NCBI GenBank assembly: GCA_964016885.1
Contig: OZ024743.1
Span: 370,884,001-370,948,000 of the forward strand
Direction: 5' to 3'
DNA length: 64,000 nucleotides
From: Eledone cirrhosa
Taxonomy: Eukaryota
The position numbers were made by a program, and so were the translations under genes. Below the pieces are notes generated by a model. The model saw only the letters and a list, made by a program, of their open reading frames with translations, ran no database searches and had not been told where the DNA came from. Every line of letters begins with the position of its first letter. Within the stretch, counting starts at the first letter, position 1. Below are positions 21,152 to 34,228 of this stretch, one piece after another.

Positions 21152-24005
21152 GTTTTCTTTATTAAGCACAAAGGTATAAATTATAACATTAAGGACAGCA
21201 CAGGACGATACAAATGGGCATTTCTGCGTGTAAAGAATAAAAAACAAAGGAAATGACAAAAAAAGAAACAAAGGAAAATTCCCCAATAGGGGGAGACTTC
21301 CGAGGGACACTCATGGAGAAAGCCCAGTTTTCCACCTTCAATTTACAGGCACATACTCAGAGCAAGCCCATTTCACTCGGGCCATGCTTGCCTCTCTCAC
21401 CCATCTTTCAACAAATTGCTGGGAAGAGAGCACTTCCCTCTCTACACTGATTTTCCTTTTCAAATGAAATTTGGAAAAGTTAATCAGGGCATAACCGAAG
21501 AGGTAAGTGCTCTTCTTCAGCCCTTTCAAATGCGTCCACCACACAATCTCTTTTGCCATGGCCACCAGGCAGATAAAAACTGCCTGCCCTTCCTGGCTAA
21601 AGGAAGACAGCAGGGCAATCCTCACGATGGACTCAGCTGATAGCTGGATCCGTCCTGTACGCGACAGCAGGTGTTCAACATAAACCCACAAGTCAGCAAT
21701 GTTCGGACACTGGATGAGTGCATGCAGGACGGTTTCGTCACCCTGGGCGCATCTTGGACAGGCCCGGCTGACGGCACTTCCATGCCTCTAGAGTTTATCC
21801 CAAACTGGCAAAGCTCCTTGGTAGCACTGCCAGGCCAGGGATTTCTGGAGGTAGTCCATGGGCCCCGTCCCAAAAGTTCTCCCGGAGAGATTGGCTAGTT
21901 GATTTTCGTTGATGCCCAGAGTCTCCCCAAGGATGTCATCGTTCTTTCCCTCCACTAACCCTCTATAGAACGCCAAGGTGGAGTTTCCACTAATCGCACT
22001 GCCCGGTTGGTCGGGAGCTGTAAGCGCCTGAAGACATTCCAGTTTCCAAGCGCTCCCTCTCGGTCTTCGCTTGACCCAGGACCGCAGCTCCATCAAGGAG
22101 ACAAGCTGGGGAAATACGCGTCTAGCAAAGGGTGACCACACCCAATTACCGTCGAGGAAGAGGTGGAGATGCCGTAGCATGAACGCATGTTTGCGCATCA
22201 TCATCCACGACATGCCCAGCTCTCCACGTAGTGGGTGTTGACAGCAAATGGACTGCCTGACCATTCCACAAAAAGTGAAAGAGCAAACGCTCCAGCGCAG
22301 TCAGGTGAGGCTTAGGACAAGGGACGACGGTCAGGCGGTAGTAGATGACGGACACAATGTACGCGTTCGCCACCTTCGCTCACATTTTCGGGGATAGCTT
22401 CCTCTCGGCCCATTTCAGGATGAGAGAGGCCATCCTGCGCGCCACCTCGTCCCAGTTTTTGTCTGTCTGAAGGTCCAGACCGAACCAGACCACTAGCAAT
22501 TTAACCAGTCTGTCCATCTAGCACCCAACGATGCTTTGGACGGCATGGACCTGCTTCTCCAGGTGCCGAGCTGCAGGCCCACTGACCTTTCCTAGTTAAT
22601 CATTGCTCCTGTCACCGCCTCATATTCTCTTGGTGTAGTGCCGATCGCCTCAATGTGTATGGCATTCGACACCACTATGGTGACGTCGTCAGCAATGCTG
22701 ACATGGTTCTCCCACATCGTATTTCGTGCGAGACGCCCCTCAACATCACCAGTTTCTGCGGTTATGGCTTGAGAGTCAATATCTACAAGAGGGACAAGAG
22801 GGGACATCCGTGGCGGACCGTGCGCATGATGTTGAACGGTTCCGAAAGGTGACCATTCACTCTCACCACAGAGCAGAGGTCACTATCCATGGTAGCGATC
22901 CAGCCTCTAAAGACGGGCCCAAAGCCGTCCGCCCTCAGGACTGCCACCAGATAACGATGGTCAGCCCTATCGAAAGCTTTCGACTGATCTAGATTGATCA
23001 AGGCCCCTCTTGTGCCGGGTTCATTAACTACCCTCTCCACAATGTATTGCATGAGGTGGAGGTTGTCGTGGATGGATCTGCCTGAACTGGTGCATGTCTG
23101 CACCTCTCCTATCAGACCACTGACGACAAGCGCGAACAACTTTGCTAGCAGCTTGGCCAAAATCTTGAACACTGTGTTTAGCAGAGTTATGGGCCTGAAA
23201 TTATCTATGTTATCCCCCTTGTTTGGATTCTTTCTCAACATCACTACCGCTCCTCGACTCACAGTGCTGGGAATTTTCCCATTCTGCTGCCAGTTGCAGA
23301 AGTCATCTGCCAAGAGGTCGCCGAACATGTCTGCCATGCATACATAAAGCTTATAGGGCAGACCATCCAAACCAGGCGATTTACCCATCCCGTATTTCAG
23401 CGGCTGTTATCGGCCTTTCGCAACGCTCCGCCTCAATGGCCGAGAGCCACGGCAGTCCATTGAGGTAGGTGCTAAAGTCCATCCTGCGATCCGATCCACC
23501 GCTGCCCCTGAAAAGCCACACACATTTGCTCGGGTTCAAGTAACATGCGCCCATCGTGGTCCTCCAAAGACCGGATCGTGGCTTTGTTGCCACAACACGC
23601 TTTCGCCACTCGGGCCCATCGAACGGCTTTTGTCCCCTCATTTCTGAGAGCACACACTCTAACTCTGACAACACAGCCTTCATGCTTTGCATTGAAGAAT
23701 TGATTGAGGGCCAATTTCACCGCAAGCACGTCGGTCGCAATGCCTTTACTAAGCATGTCACTTAATTTTCTAACTAGTTCTCCCTCTGCTCTAGTTTTCT
23801 CAATTGCTAACGCCTTACTAAAACTAATGGCCTCCATTCTAATCGCCCTTTTCAGAGCGAACCACCATTTGTTGTTGACAATTGCCCCCGTCAACGCTCG
23901 CTTAACTAATTCGTTAATTCGGTCTCTGTAAGCTTTGTGCGCTGTCAACGATGCGTTTAGCTTCCAGTAGCCGGGTCCCAAAGCCTATCTAAGTTAACCA
24001 CACAT
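21152..24005 (-). mobile_element. Tx1/L1-clade LINE ORF2 remnant, 5'-truncated and frameshifted
   Basis: GPGYWKLNAS, KSPGLDGLP, NFRPITLLN, LDQSKAFDR, VRHGCPL, ADD; AATAAA near the 3' end. Confidence 0.88.
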
Positions 24006-24022
24006 TTTGAATAATAATAATA

Positions 24023-24066
<44 letters not shown>

Positions 24067-24067
<1 letters not shown>

Positions 24068-27000
24068 GGTGGATAAGCGAGCTGGAACTGGAGGAACTGA
24101 GCAGAGAGAATGGCTTGGAGATGGCGGGTGTAGTATGCCAGACAAGCGAGCCAGTGGGAAACGAAGGTGAAGAGGTCCTGAGAACGGAGGAACCACCCGA
24201 ATCAGACAATGATCTGAATACTGAGATAAATAATACCTGGAACAGAGATACGGCCACTGAGGAGATGAATGCTGACGGGCTAGGACAAGATTCGGTTGAC
24301 ATCCTAAATTTAGTGGTAGATGAATTGAACAATGATAGTGGGAGACCTATGAACCTAAGATTTGTAGACAGGAAAAAGTTAAAAGAAACAACAGCTAAGG
24401 TAAACAAAGTCATCCCATACCTTGAGGCGAGGAGCCTTCACCAGTGCAACAATATCCTCAAAGCAACAGCAAATACGGTGAGGAAACTACTTGGTATAAA
24501 AGCGAGAGGAAACAACAGACAAGAAAGAGCAGAGCCATGGTGGAAGAAGCGACTGAGTGGGCAAATCGGGGAAATGAGAAATGACATAGGAAAGCTTGAG
24601 TCACTACTGAATGGGACACTAAAAAACATAGGCACTAAAAATAGACTGGAAATAAAATACAAAACTAGGAGGAAAAAGCTAAATATTATCATAGAGGAAC
24701 TGAAGCAACGCATTGTAGCAAAGAGTGCAAAAATCAGGCGATACGAGAACAGAGTCAGTCAGTATAAACAGAACCGCATGTTCGACAACAACCAGAAGAT
24801 GCTGTTTGGACAGCTTGAAGGGAAAGAAAGAGGCAACGACTTGATCCCTGGGGCGGAGCAAACTAAAACATTCTGGAGAGGAATATGGGAGCAGGATGTT
24901 AGACATAATGTCCAGGCAATGTGGATTGAGACAGTACAGAGGGAGATCGGTGAGCAGGCACAACAACAAACTGATTTGAGTATCACAGTTGAAACTCTTA
25001 AGGGGCAGGCCAAAAAACTAACCAACTGGAAATCACCAGGCCCAGATGGTGTGCAGGGGTATTGGATTAAAAATATAACATCCTCCACCCGAAACTGATA
25101 ACCATGTTCAATGACTGCTTGATGTCAGGTGAGGTGCCAGAGTGGTTGACAAAAGGTACCACAGTTCTGATAATGAAAGACCGAATCAAGGGTAATGATG
25201 TTACCAACTATAGACCTATCACATGTCTGTCCGTAATGTGGAAACTGTTGACGAGCATTGTGTCTGAGGAAATCTACCATCACCTCCACACAAACAACTT
25301 GTTACCGGACGAACAGAAAGGATGCCGAAAGAAGTCACGTGGTACAAAGGACCAGTTACTTATTGATAAGATGGTAATGGGGAATTGCAGGAGGAGACAC
25401 ACTGATCTTGCCATGGGATGGATAGACTACAGAAAGGCATTTGACATGGTGCCTCATTCTTGGATCACCAAAAGCCTGGAGATCTTCAGGGTGGCAGATA
25501 ACATCAGACAGTTGCTAGGCAGGAGTATGGGGTCCTGGGAGACAGAGTTGACATCAACTGGAGTATCCTTGGGAAGCGTGAAGATCAAGAGAGGTATCTT
25601 CCAGGGAGATAGCCTGTCCCCTCTGTTGTTTGTCCTTGCCCTGATGCCCTTGACCATTATGCTGCGAAAAGTGAGAGCAGGATACAAGTTGGGAAGGGGA
25701 GAGCTTACCATCAATCACCTCCTCTTCATGGAGGATCTTAAGCTCTTCGGGAAAAGTGAGAAGGAGTTGGATGTGCTTGTTGACACTGTCCGTATTTTCA
25801 GCAGTGATATATGTATGCAGTTTGGTATTGGTAAATGTGGAGTCATTGTGATGAGGAGGGGTAGGTTGAGCAGAAGTAACGGGATCCAGATACCAACAGG
25901 TGAGATGATAAAGGAAATTGACTCTGAGGAAGGATACAAGTATTTGGGCGCTCTGGAGGCTGATGGCATAAAGAACAAAAAAATGAAGGAATTGTTAAGA
26001 ACTGAATACATTCGGAGAGTAAGGAGCGTATTGAAGTCACATCTGAACAGCAGAAATGCCATAAGCGCAGTAAATTCCCGAGCTGTGTCTATTATTAGGT
26101 ACAGCGCGGGAATTCTGAGATGGAATGTTGCTGAACAAAAAGAAATGGATAGGAAGACTAGGAAGCTATTGACTATCTACAACATGTTCCACAAGAGGAG
26201 TGATGTCGATAGACTCTACCTAAGGAGATCTGAGGGTGGAAGAGGTCTTATCAGCATAGAGGACTGTGTTCAGATGGAGAAAAACAACCTATACAAATAC
26301 GTGACCTATAGTAAGGAGCCAATGCTCAGAACTGTACTGAAGGAGGGGACAGTAGGCCAGGGGATGTCCAAGGAGGAAATAACATCAAGGAGGAAGAGCA
26401 GCCTTAAGGGAAAATCCCTTCATAGTACCTTCTTTGAGAAAACTGAATTTAGAGATCCACAGACATGGAACTGGTTGAGAAGAGGAGACCTCAAAAAGGC
26501 TACAGAAGGAATGCTAATGGCTGCGCAGGAGCAGGCCCTCAAAACGAAGTGGTTGAAGCACCATATTTACAAGGAGGCTAGCCCACTGTGCAGGATCTGT
26601 GGAGAGAGAGAGGAGACTGTGGCTCACATTGTGTCCGAGTGTAAACACCTAGCCCAGACCCACTATAAGGGCTGGAGACACGATGTGATGGGCAGGGTGA
26701 TCCACTGGCACCTGTGCAAAGTAAACAATTTACCACATTCTGAGAAATGGTATGAGCATAGGCCAGAGGCGGTGATGGAGAACAATCAGGTGAAGGTGCT
26801 GTGGGATTTTAGGATACAGACGGACAAAAAACTGGAACACAATAGACCTGACCTGGTGGTTGTGGACAAAGAAAAAAGATCGTGTCTGATTGTGGATGTG
26901 GCCTGCCCGTTCGACACGAGAGTGCAAGAGAAGGAGAGGGAGAAAATTAACCGATACCAGGACCTAAAGTGGGAGGTGAAAAGGATTTGGAACTGCCATG

Positions 27001-27161
27001 AAGTCAAAGTGATCCCGATTGTCATAGGCGCACTGGGGACTATCTCCAAAGGTTTCCAGGGATGGTTAAAGAAAATCGGCCCCTTCACGCTTTTTGGAAC
27101 GCTTCAAAAGGCATGCTTGCTTGGAACAGCAAGAACCCTCCGATACGTCCTGAATATCTGA
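24067..27161 (+). pseudogene. R4-type RT-REL polyprotein, frameshifted near 25090, catalytic FMDD changed to FMED
   Basis: WKSPGPDG, NYRPITCL, IDYRKAFD, GIFQGDSLSP, FMEDLKLF, CRIC..HIVSEC, RPD..DVACP..K..RY. Confidence 0.9.
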
Positions 27162-27268
27162 GGCTGCAGGTAGTGGCTTGATATTCAATCCAACGGACTT
27201 TCCAGTTAACCAACATCAATGATTGAGATTCAAGGAATAACAACAATAATAATAATAATAATAATAAT
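24067..27268 (+). mobile_element. Dong/R4-clade non-LTR retrotransposon inserted in (TAA)n
   Basis: (AAT)n at 24010-24066 and about 27236-27268; RT, CCHC finger and restriction-like endonuclease. Confidence 0.9.
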
Positions 27269-28380
27269 TAGGAAGCTATTGACTATCTACAACATGTTCC
27301 ACAAGAGGAGTGATGTCGATAGACTCTACTTAAGGAGATCTGAAGGTGGAAGAGGTCTTATCAGCATAGAGGACTGTGTTCAGATGGAGAAAAACAACCT
27401 ACACAAATACGTGACTGATAGTAAGGAGCCAATGCTCAGAATTGTACGGAAGGAGAGGACAATAGACCAGGGGATATCCAAGGAGGAAATAACAAGGAGA
27501 AAGACCAGCCTTCATGAAAAATCCCTTCATAGTACCTTCTTTGAGAAAACTGAATTCAGAGATCCACAGACATGGAACTGGTTGAAAAGAGGAAACCTTA
27601 AAAAGGCTACAGAAGGAATGTTAATGGCTGCGCAAGAGCAGGCCCTCAAAACGAAGTGGTTGAAACACCATATTTACAAGGAGGAGGCTAGCCCACTGTG
27701 CAGGATCTGTGGAGAGAGGAGACTGTGGCTCACATTGTATCCGAGTGTAAACACCTAGCCCAGACTCACTATAAGGGCTGGAGACATGATGTGATGGGCA
27801 GGGTGATCCACTGGCACCTATGCAAAGTAAACAATTGATGTTAGTTAACTGGAAAGTTTATTGAAATGAATATCAAGCCACTACCCGCAGCCTCAGATAT
27901 TCAGGACGTATCGGAGGGTTTTGCTGTTCCCAGCAAGCATGCCTTTTGAAGCGTTCCAAAAAGCGTGGCGGGGCCAATTTTCTTTAACCATCCCTGGAAA
28001 CTTTTTGAGATAGTACCTAGTGCGCCTATGATAATCGGGACCACTTTGACTTCATGGCAGTTTCAAATCCTTTTTACCTCCAACTTTAAGTCCAGGTATC
28101 GGTTAATTTTCTCCGAAACTGCCATGAAGTCAAAGTGGTCCCGATTATCATAGGCGCACTAGGTACTATCTCAAAGAGTTTCCAAGGATGGTTAAAGAAA
28201 ATTGGTCACGCCCCACTTTTTGGAACACTTCAAAAGGCATGTTTGCTGGGAGCAGCAAAAACCCTCCGATACGTCCTGAATATCCAAGGCTGCAGGTAGT
28301 GGCTTGATATTCATTTCAACAAACTTTCCAGTTAAATAACATCAATGACTGAGACTCAAAGAACAATAATAATAATAATA
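27269..28380 (+). mobile_element. Second Dong/R4 3' fragment with an internal inverted duplication (27835-28064 versus 28115-28345)
   Basis: Homologous to 26158-27240; ends in (AAT)n. Confidence 0.88.
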
Positions 28381-28387
28381 ATAATAA

Positions 28388-28659
28388 TGTAGTGTTCTCT
28401 AGACAAAGGGAAGTAGCTGGAGTTATTTTCCGTTGAATTCTAGAGGATTCCTTGAACTTCCGGTCTAGGGATTATAAAGGAGGGAGAAAAGAGACATCTT
28501 GGCTTTTTTGGCGACCGGCTCTCGGACAGTTCACTCACGAGCGAGTTTGTTAATCTTATTATATCTGTATCGAATTAAATTAGTGGTTGGCCTGTAGTGG
28601 TGTTTACCAAAGTAAATAACCCTTTGACCAACTCACTAAAGTGGTGACCCCGACCTGAT
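28388..28659 (+). mobile_element. Gypsy LTR (28388-28640) followed by a tRNA-Trp primer-binding site (28642-28659)
   Basis: TGTAGTG start, TATAAA box, CACTAAA end; TGGTGACCCCGAC.TGATT is complementary to the 3' end of tRNA-Trp. Confidence 0.75.
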
Positions 28660-28742
28660 TTGAACCCAGATCGTAAAGGGACGTAACTATGCTGGAAAAC
28701 ATAGCATCTAGCCCTCTACCGATACTGCCAATTTACCACCCT
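28655..28742 (-). mobile_element. tRNA-like head of the SINE, fused to the PBS
   Basis: Matches 58553-58636. Confidence 0.8.
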
Positions 28743-28937
28743 ACAGTAACAGTAGTAATAGTAATAATACTATCAGTAGCAACAGTAGCAGTAGTAGCAG
28801 CAGCAACAATAGCAACAACAACAGCAACAGCACCAATAGGAAGTTTATAATTTTCAAAACAAGTTTGGTGACATGGACATGGAGTTAAAGTATGCATGTC
28901 ATTGCTTAATTTCAGAGTATTTTTCTTTTGATGATAG

Positions 28938-29189
28938 TTTAGTGAGTTGGTCACAGGGTTATTTACTTTGGTAAACACCACTGCAGGCCAACCACTAATT
29001 AAATTTGATACAGATATAATAAGATTAACAAACTCGCTCGTGAGTGAACTGTCCAAGAGCCGGTCGCCAAAAAAGCCAAGATGACTCTTTTCTCCCTCCT
29101 TTATAATTCCTAGACCGGAAGTTCAAGGAATCCTCTAGAATTCAACGGGAAGTAACTCCAGCTACTACCCTTTGTCTAGAGAACGCTAC

Positions 29190-29190
<1 letters not shown>
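28938..29190 (-). mobile_element. Second copy of the same LTR, inverted
   Basis: Reverse complement of 28388-28640 with scattered substitutions. Confidence 0.8.
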
Positions 29191-29221
<31 letters not shown>

Positions 29222-29451
29222 TTATTTAAAACAATTGTGGTATAATAATTCTTATTGCAAATGGGACATAAGGCACCGGCCTTAGCTCTCAGGAAGTGAG
29301 ATCCCATAATACCCAGGCATATGGCACAAATATTTAATTTTATATTAACAATTCAAAAAAGAAAATGGTTACAAATGGAAGAAAACCCCTCTGTGTACAC
29401 TAAATACAACAGTCAAATAATGGCAATTTTACCACCACCACCAATCCCAGC

Positions 29452-29644
29452 ATAATTGTTTCTACTTTTGGCACAAGGCCAGCAATTATCCCAGTGCATT
29501 ACTGGTACTTTATTTTATCGACCCCGTAAGGATGAAAGGCAAAGTTAACCTAGGTGGGATTTGAACTCAGAATGGCAAGGGCCGTAACTCTATGCATCAA
29601 AGCATGGCGTCCAACCCTCTACCGATACTGCCAATTCACCGCCC
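29452..29644 (-). mobile_element. tRNA-derived SINE, full length
   Basis: Homology to other copies; approximate TSD tcccagc(a/t)taat. Confidence 0.88.
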
Positions 29645-31549
29645 AATTCCCAGCTTAATAATAATAATCATTATTGTATCTCAAGTTTTCTCAAAATGTT
29701 CAGTTCAAATATTAAGGAATCATGTCAACATGTAAATTAAATACAAGTAACAAACCACATAGCTACTGCTAACAAAAATATCAAACAAACAACAATACAT
29801 TGTAATGGCTATGTAATTTAGCCAGAGACAAACCAACAACAACAATGCCATCACTACAATACCACTACCCCATCACCACCGACACCACTCCATCATTGCT
29901 ACCACCACTATTCCCCCACTACCTTCTGGTAACTTAAAAAAAGTTGACATGAAATTTGCTGAGAAGGAGGGAATGTAGCAGTAACACTAGAAATGACTAG
30001 AAAGGAAGAATCTTCGAAAAGATATAAATTGACTTAGTGACCCGGTCAAAATGAAATTTTGAACATCACAACATTAACAGCTACAAGCTAATGGCATACA
30101 AGTTCCCCACCAACAATAGAACTCCCCTTCCTCCCCCCAGAAAAAGCCCCAGCCACACAGGACTCATATTAAGGAATCACTCATAATAATAACAATAAAA
30201 AAAAAATTTAACCTATTTAAAACACTTGCGATATAATAATTTTTATTGCAAATGGGACGGAAGGCATCAGCCCACACCTTCAACAAGTGAGACCACATAT
30301 CTGGGAATATAATTCAAATATTCAATCTTATGTTTAAAATTTTATATTCAAAAAAGAAAATGTTTACTAGTGTAAGAAAAACCCCTTTGCGTCCTCTAAC
30401 TACAATAGTCAAATAATGGCAATATCACCACCACCACCACCGATCCCATCATAATAGTAATTATTATTGTATCTCTAAGCTGTCTCAAAATGTTTCGTTC
30501 AAATATTAAGGAACGATGTCATCATCATCATCATCATCATCAACGTTTAACGTCCGTGTTCCACGCTTGCATGGGTTTGGACGGTGTCAACTTGTATATT
30601 AAATATAAGTAACAAGGCGAAGAACTACAGAGCAGAAGACAAACACAACATCAAAAGAAACAACAAAATTCAAAAGTTTTGAACGCAACACTCCCTACCT
30701 CCCTCGTTACTGTGGCTACAAACTTAGCATAGCTAAAATCAAAAAGAACAGCAGCAGCAACAACAACACTAGTAACCGATGTTATTGGCCTTGAAAAACA
30801 AAAAAAGGCAGACGTTAAAAAATTACAATGACACCCACTCCACCACCACCTCCACCGAAAAATGAAAATGAGAATGCTTTGTTGATGTTGATGGTGGTGA
30901 TGCTGATGATAATGGTGGTTTCTACTTTTAGAACAGGGCCAGCGATTGCCCCAGTGAATTGCTGGTGCTTTGTCTTGTTGAACCTGTAGAGGTGAGGAGT
31001 GGGGTTGACCTTGGCAGGATTTGTGCTCAGGCCATAAATGGCAGATGCTGAAGATAATAATTGTATCTGTTTTTTACACAGGGCCAGCGATTGACCTCGG
31101 CAGAATTTGTGCTGAGACCATAAATGGTAGAGGCTGATGATAATGGTGGTTGTTTCTGCTTTTGGCGCGAGGCCAACAATTGCCTCAGTGCATTGCTGGG
31201 GCTCTGGTTTTATCGACTCCGTAAGATAATAATAATGACTTAGAAAATAAACAGGAAAACATTAATAACAGCACAAAAAATAATGATAGATAAATGTCAC
31301 ATAAATTGCTCCAAAACTTAATTTTTTCGTTTTTTTAATGTGATGGTGCCACGCTAAAAACACTGGTGGTGGTGTAACCTTAAATTCACTAATACTCGAT
31401 ATAAGTGTTTAAATGTCGAACCTAAACAGTTCAAATAACGGTGAGAGGAGGCTGGAACATCCTGTGAAAGACTCTCACCCAGCAAGTGCTCCCTGGCCCA
31501 GCAGCAGGGACCTGGCTGTGATCCAAATACTGCTGGTGTTGGAGGAAGA

Positions 31550-33195
31550 AGAAGGAATGGGACAAGAACCAATTGGCAGTCTGGAAATCTTCGAGTTGTC
31601 CTTGTGTCAAGGAAATATCCTCATTCTTCTTACGACGATTTTTCAAAATCTCGGTAAGGGAAGATAGTAATTTTGCACATTGAGGAACGAAACATCTATA
31701 AAAATTGATTAGGCCTAAGAAGTGACGCAACTGATGAAGTGTAATAGGAGGAGGTAAATCCTGTATAGCTTTAACTCGCTGCGGAAGGGGTCGGATACTC
31801 TCTGCGTCGATGAGGTGACCTAAAAAATTCAGTGAAGCGGATCCGAAAACGCACTTTGCGGGATTCACTCGAACGCTGTAATCCTGGAGTCGGCGAAATA
31901 AAAGGTTCAGGTGATGCATATGCTCTTCTGGAGAGGCACTAGCGACGAGAAGATCATCTATATATGCATAAACGAAGTCCAGACCACAAGTGACCTCGTC
32001 TATCAACCGCTGAAAAGTGCTAGCGGCATTCCTGAGTCCGAAAGGCATGGTCAAAAACTCGAAGGATCCGAAAGGAGTCGTAATAGCTGTTTTCGGAATG
32101 TCCTCCTTCCTTACCGGAATTTGGTGGTAAGCTCGCACTAAATTGTATTTGGAGAAAATTTTACAACCCTGCAATGAAGATGCGACATCCTGGAGATGGG
32201 GAATCGGATATCTATCCGGGATGGTCATCTCGTTTAACCTCCTATAATCCCCAGTGGGTCTCCAGTCGCCAGAAGTCTTGGGCACCATATGTAACGATGA
32301 AGCCCAAGGACTTGTAGATGGGCGAATAATGCCCAGCTGCAGTATATGGTCGAACTCAGACCGTGCTGCCTTTAATTTGTCCGCAGGTAAATGACGTGGA
32401 TGTGAAAATACTGGAGCACCGGTTGTGGAAATAAAATGTTCGGTTGAGTGAGTTGGCTCAGTAACTCGAAAATTTCCATTGGTGAGCTCCGGGAACGAAC
32501 CTCATAACGAATGGTAGGCGTCGCCAGTGGCAGCAATGAAGAATATTGGGCTGACCGTTGGAGCATTGGCTTTTCGGCCACGAATTGAAAAACCGGTGAT
32601 GTCATCCACCAGACGTTGGTCTCGAACATCCACAGTCAAGGAGAAATTGTGGAGGAAATCCGCTCCTAAGATTGGGCATGGCAAGTCAGCGACCGTAAAA
32701 ATCCATTTAAAATCCCTACGAAGATTTAGGAATTTGAGAGGAAGCGAGATTTGTCCGTATGTCTTTATAGGCGAGTGGTTAACTGCCTGCAGAGTAATGG
32801 ATGACTCCACGGGGGTATCTTTTAGGCAATGGACTGGCCAAATACTACAGGAGGCTCCTGTATCCACGAGGAAGCCTCTTCCAGACATAAGGTCCTTGAT
32901 GAAGAAATGGCGGTTTGGTGGCTTTATTCTGAGGTTAGCTGCCGCCGTCAGCGAACCTCTCTGGCGTTTCCCGACTTCAGAAACGAACAAGTTTTCACAC
33001 AATGGTTTGCGTTCTCGGCAAAACGCTCGTGGTACCAGCATAAAGATGAAGCTGGTGACCTGGGGCGGTGTCTAAAAGAGTAAGATCTACCGCAGCTGTG
33101 TGAGCACGAATGAGCACCACTATAAGCCTTCAGCTTCTGTAGCTCCAGGGCGAGTTCCAGAATGGCTTTCTGCATAGCCATTATAGCTGCGCTGT
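31550..33195 (-). pseudogene. Ty3/Gypsy (CsRn1-like) gag end, protease and RT remnant
   Basis: CHCC gag finger CWYHERF..NANHC..TC; protease FLVDTGAS and ILGADFL; [33 protein letters not shown]. Confidence 0.9.
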
Positions 33196-33708
33196 CAGTA
33201 TGAGTTTCCGCGCAGGTGGCATGGCCAGGTGTGACCTGAGCTGGGTGAGAAACAGCGGCAAGGGCCTTGCTGCCTCCAGACGTGTGACCTCAAAAACTTT
33301 GTCCGCGAAAGTAGGGAGAACAGAATGAGATGCCATTGGTACAATCTCAGTAAGCGGCCAAAATGTGTCTCCATATAGAAAAATATCTCGGACACAAGGG
33401 GGAAAAAAAAAAAATCCACTTGTTTTTCTTTGTCAGACAACCGGACAGGAAAAAGAATGCATCCGAGATAACGTGTAAGGGAGCAACTAATCAAGCAATG
33501 GCATTAATAATACATTTACGGTGAACCTAAAACAAAAACCAACATGGCACAGTTTCGCGGCAAAAAAATGTTTGAAGAAGAAAGCCGACATCTTGACATC
33601 TTCAAAAATTTGAGCAAGGAAAAGAAGGAAAAAAAAAATTATATATTTATGCAATTGTTCTTTTGCTAGGAAGTTAGCAGCATTTAATAAGCGTGTTGTT
33701 TTCTTTTC

Positions 33709-33711
<3 letters not shown>

Positions 33712-33778
<67 letters not shown>
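33712..33778. repeat. (TA)n microsatellite
   Basis: Seen directly. Confidence 0.97.
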
Positions 33779-33781
<3 letters not shown>

Positions 33782-34002
33782 CCACTTCCTTTTATTTTTT
33801 TCGGGCTCTTTAGAAGTAATACATATATTATTATAACAGTATTGGAAATAACATAAAAGGCTGATTCACTTTAGGAGAATGGTATTATATAAGATAAATG
33901 TTATTGTTGAAATAACAAGAATGGCTTTGTGTGTTTATGTAAAGATTTACTTCATGGAAGTCAAAAATAGAACAATACATATTTTACCACAAGCTGTGAC
34001 GG

Positions 34003-34228
34003 TGTAGTTTGCTTATTAGGCTGTTGGTGAGTTTTAGACCATAGTGGGCGAGAGAGTTGCTCTCAACATGTTCCCTGGAGTAGGCTGGTAATTTGCATCC
34101 CATGTGTCGTGGTGAAGGCTGCTGCGAGTGGAAAGAGAGAGATAGAGCGCTCTCACTGTCTCTATATATAGTCTCCATGGGGGCGTAACTCTCATGAGTT
34201 CCGGATTTCACCACTAGGGGTCACTACA
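34003..34228 (-). mobile_element. Probable solo or 5' LTR of a Gypsy element
   Basis: TGTAGT...ACTACA inverted termini and an internal TATA-like tract; no TSD or PBS seen. Confidence 0.5.

Noticed and set aside
24007-24066. Poly-Asn N-terminus of the 363-aa ORF
   Set aside because: It is the (AAT)n target microsatellite read in frame with a 5'-truncated element.
28642-28742. tRNA gene
   Set aside because: Only about 24 nt match tRNA-Trp (including the CCA complement, as expected for a PBS); the rest is SINE head.
33200-33620. Possible host promoter (YY1-like words, some CpG)
   Set aside because: Motif matches are weak and there is no associated exon evidence.
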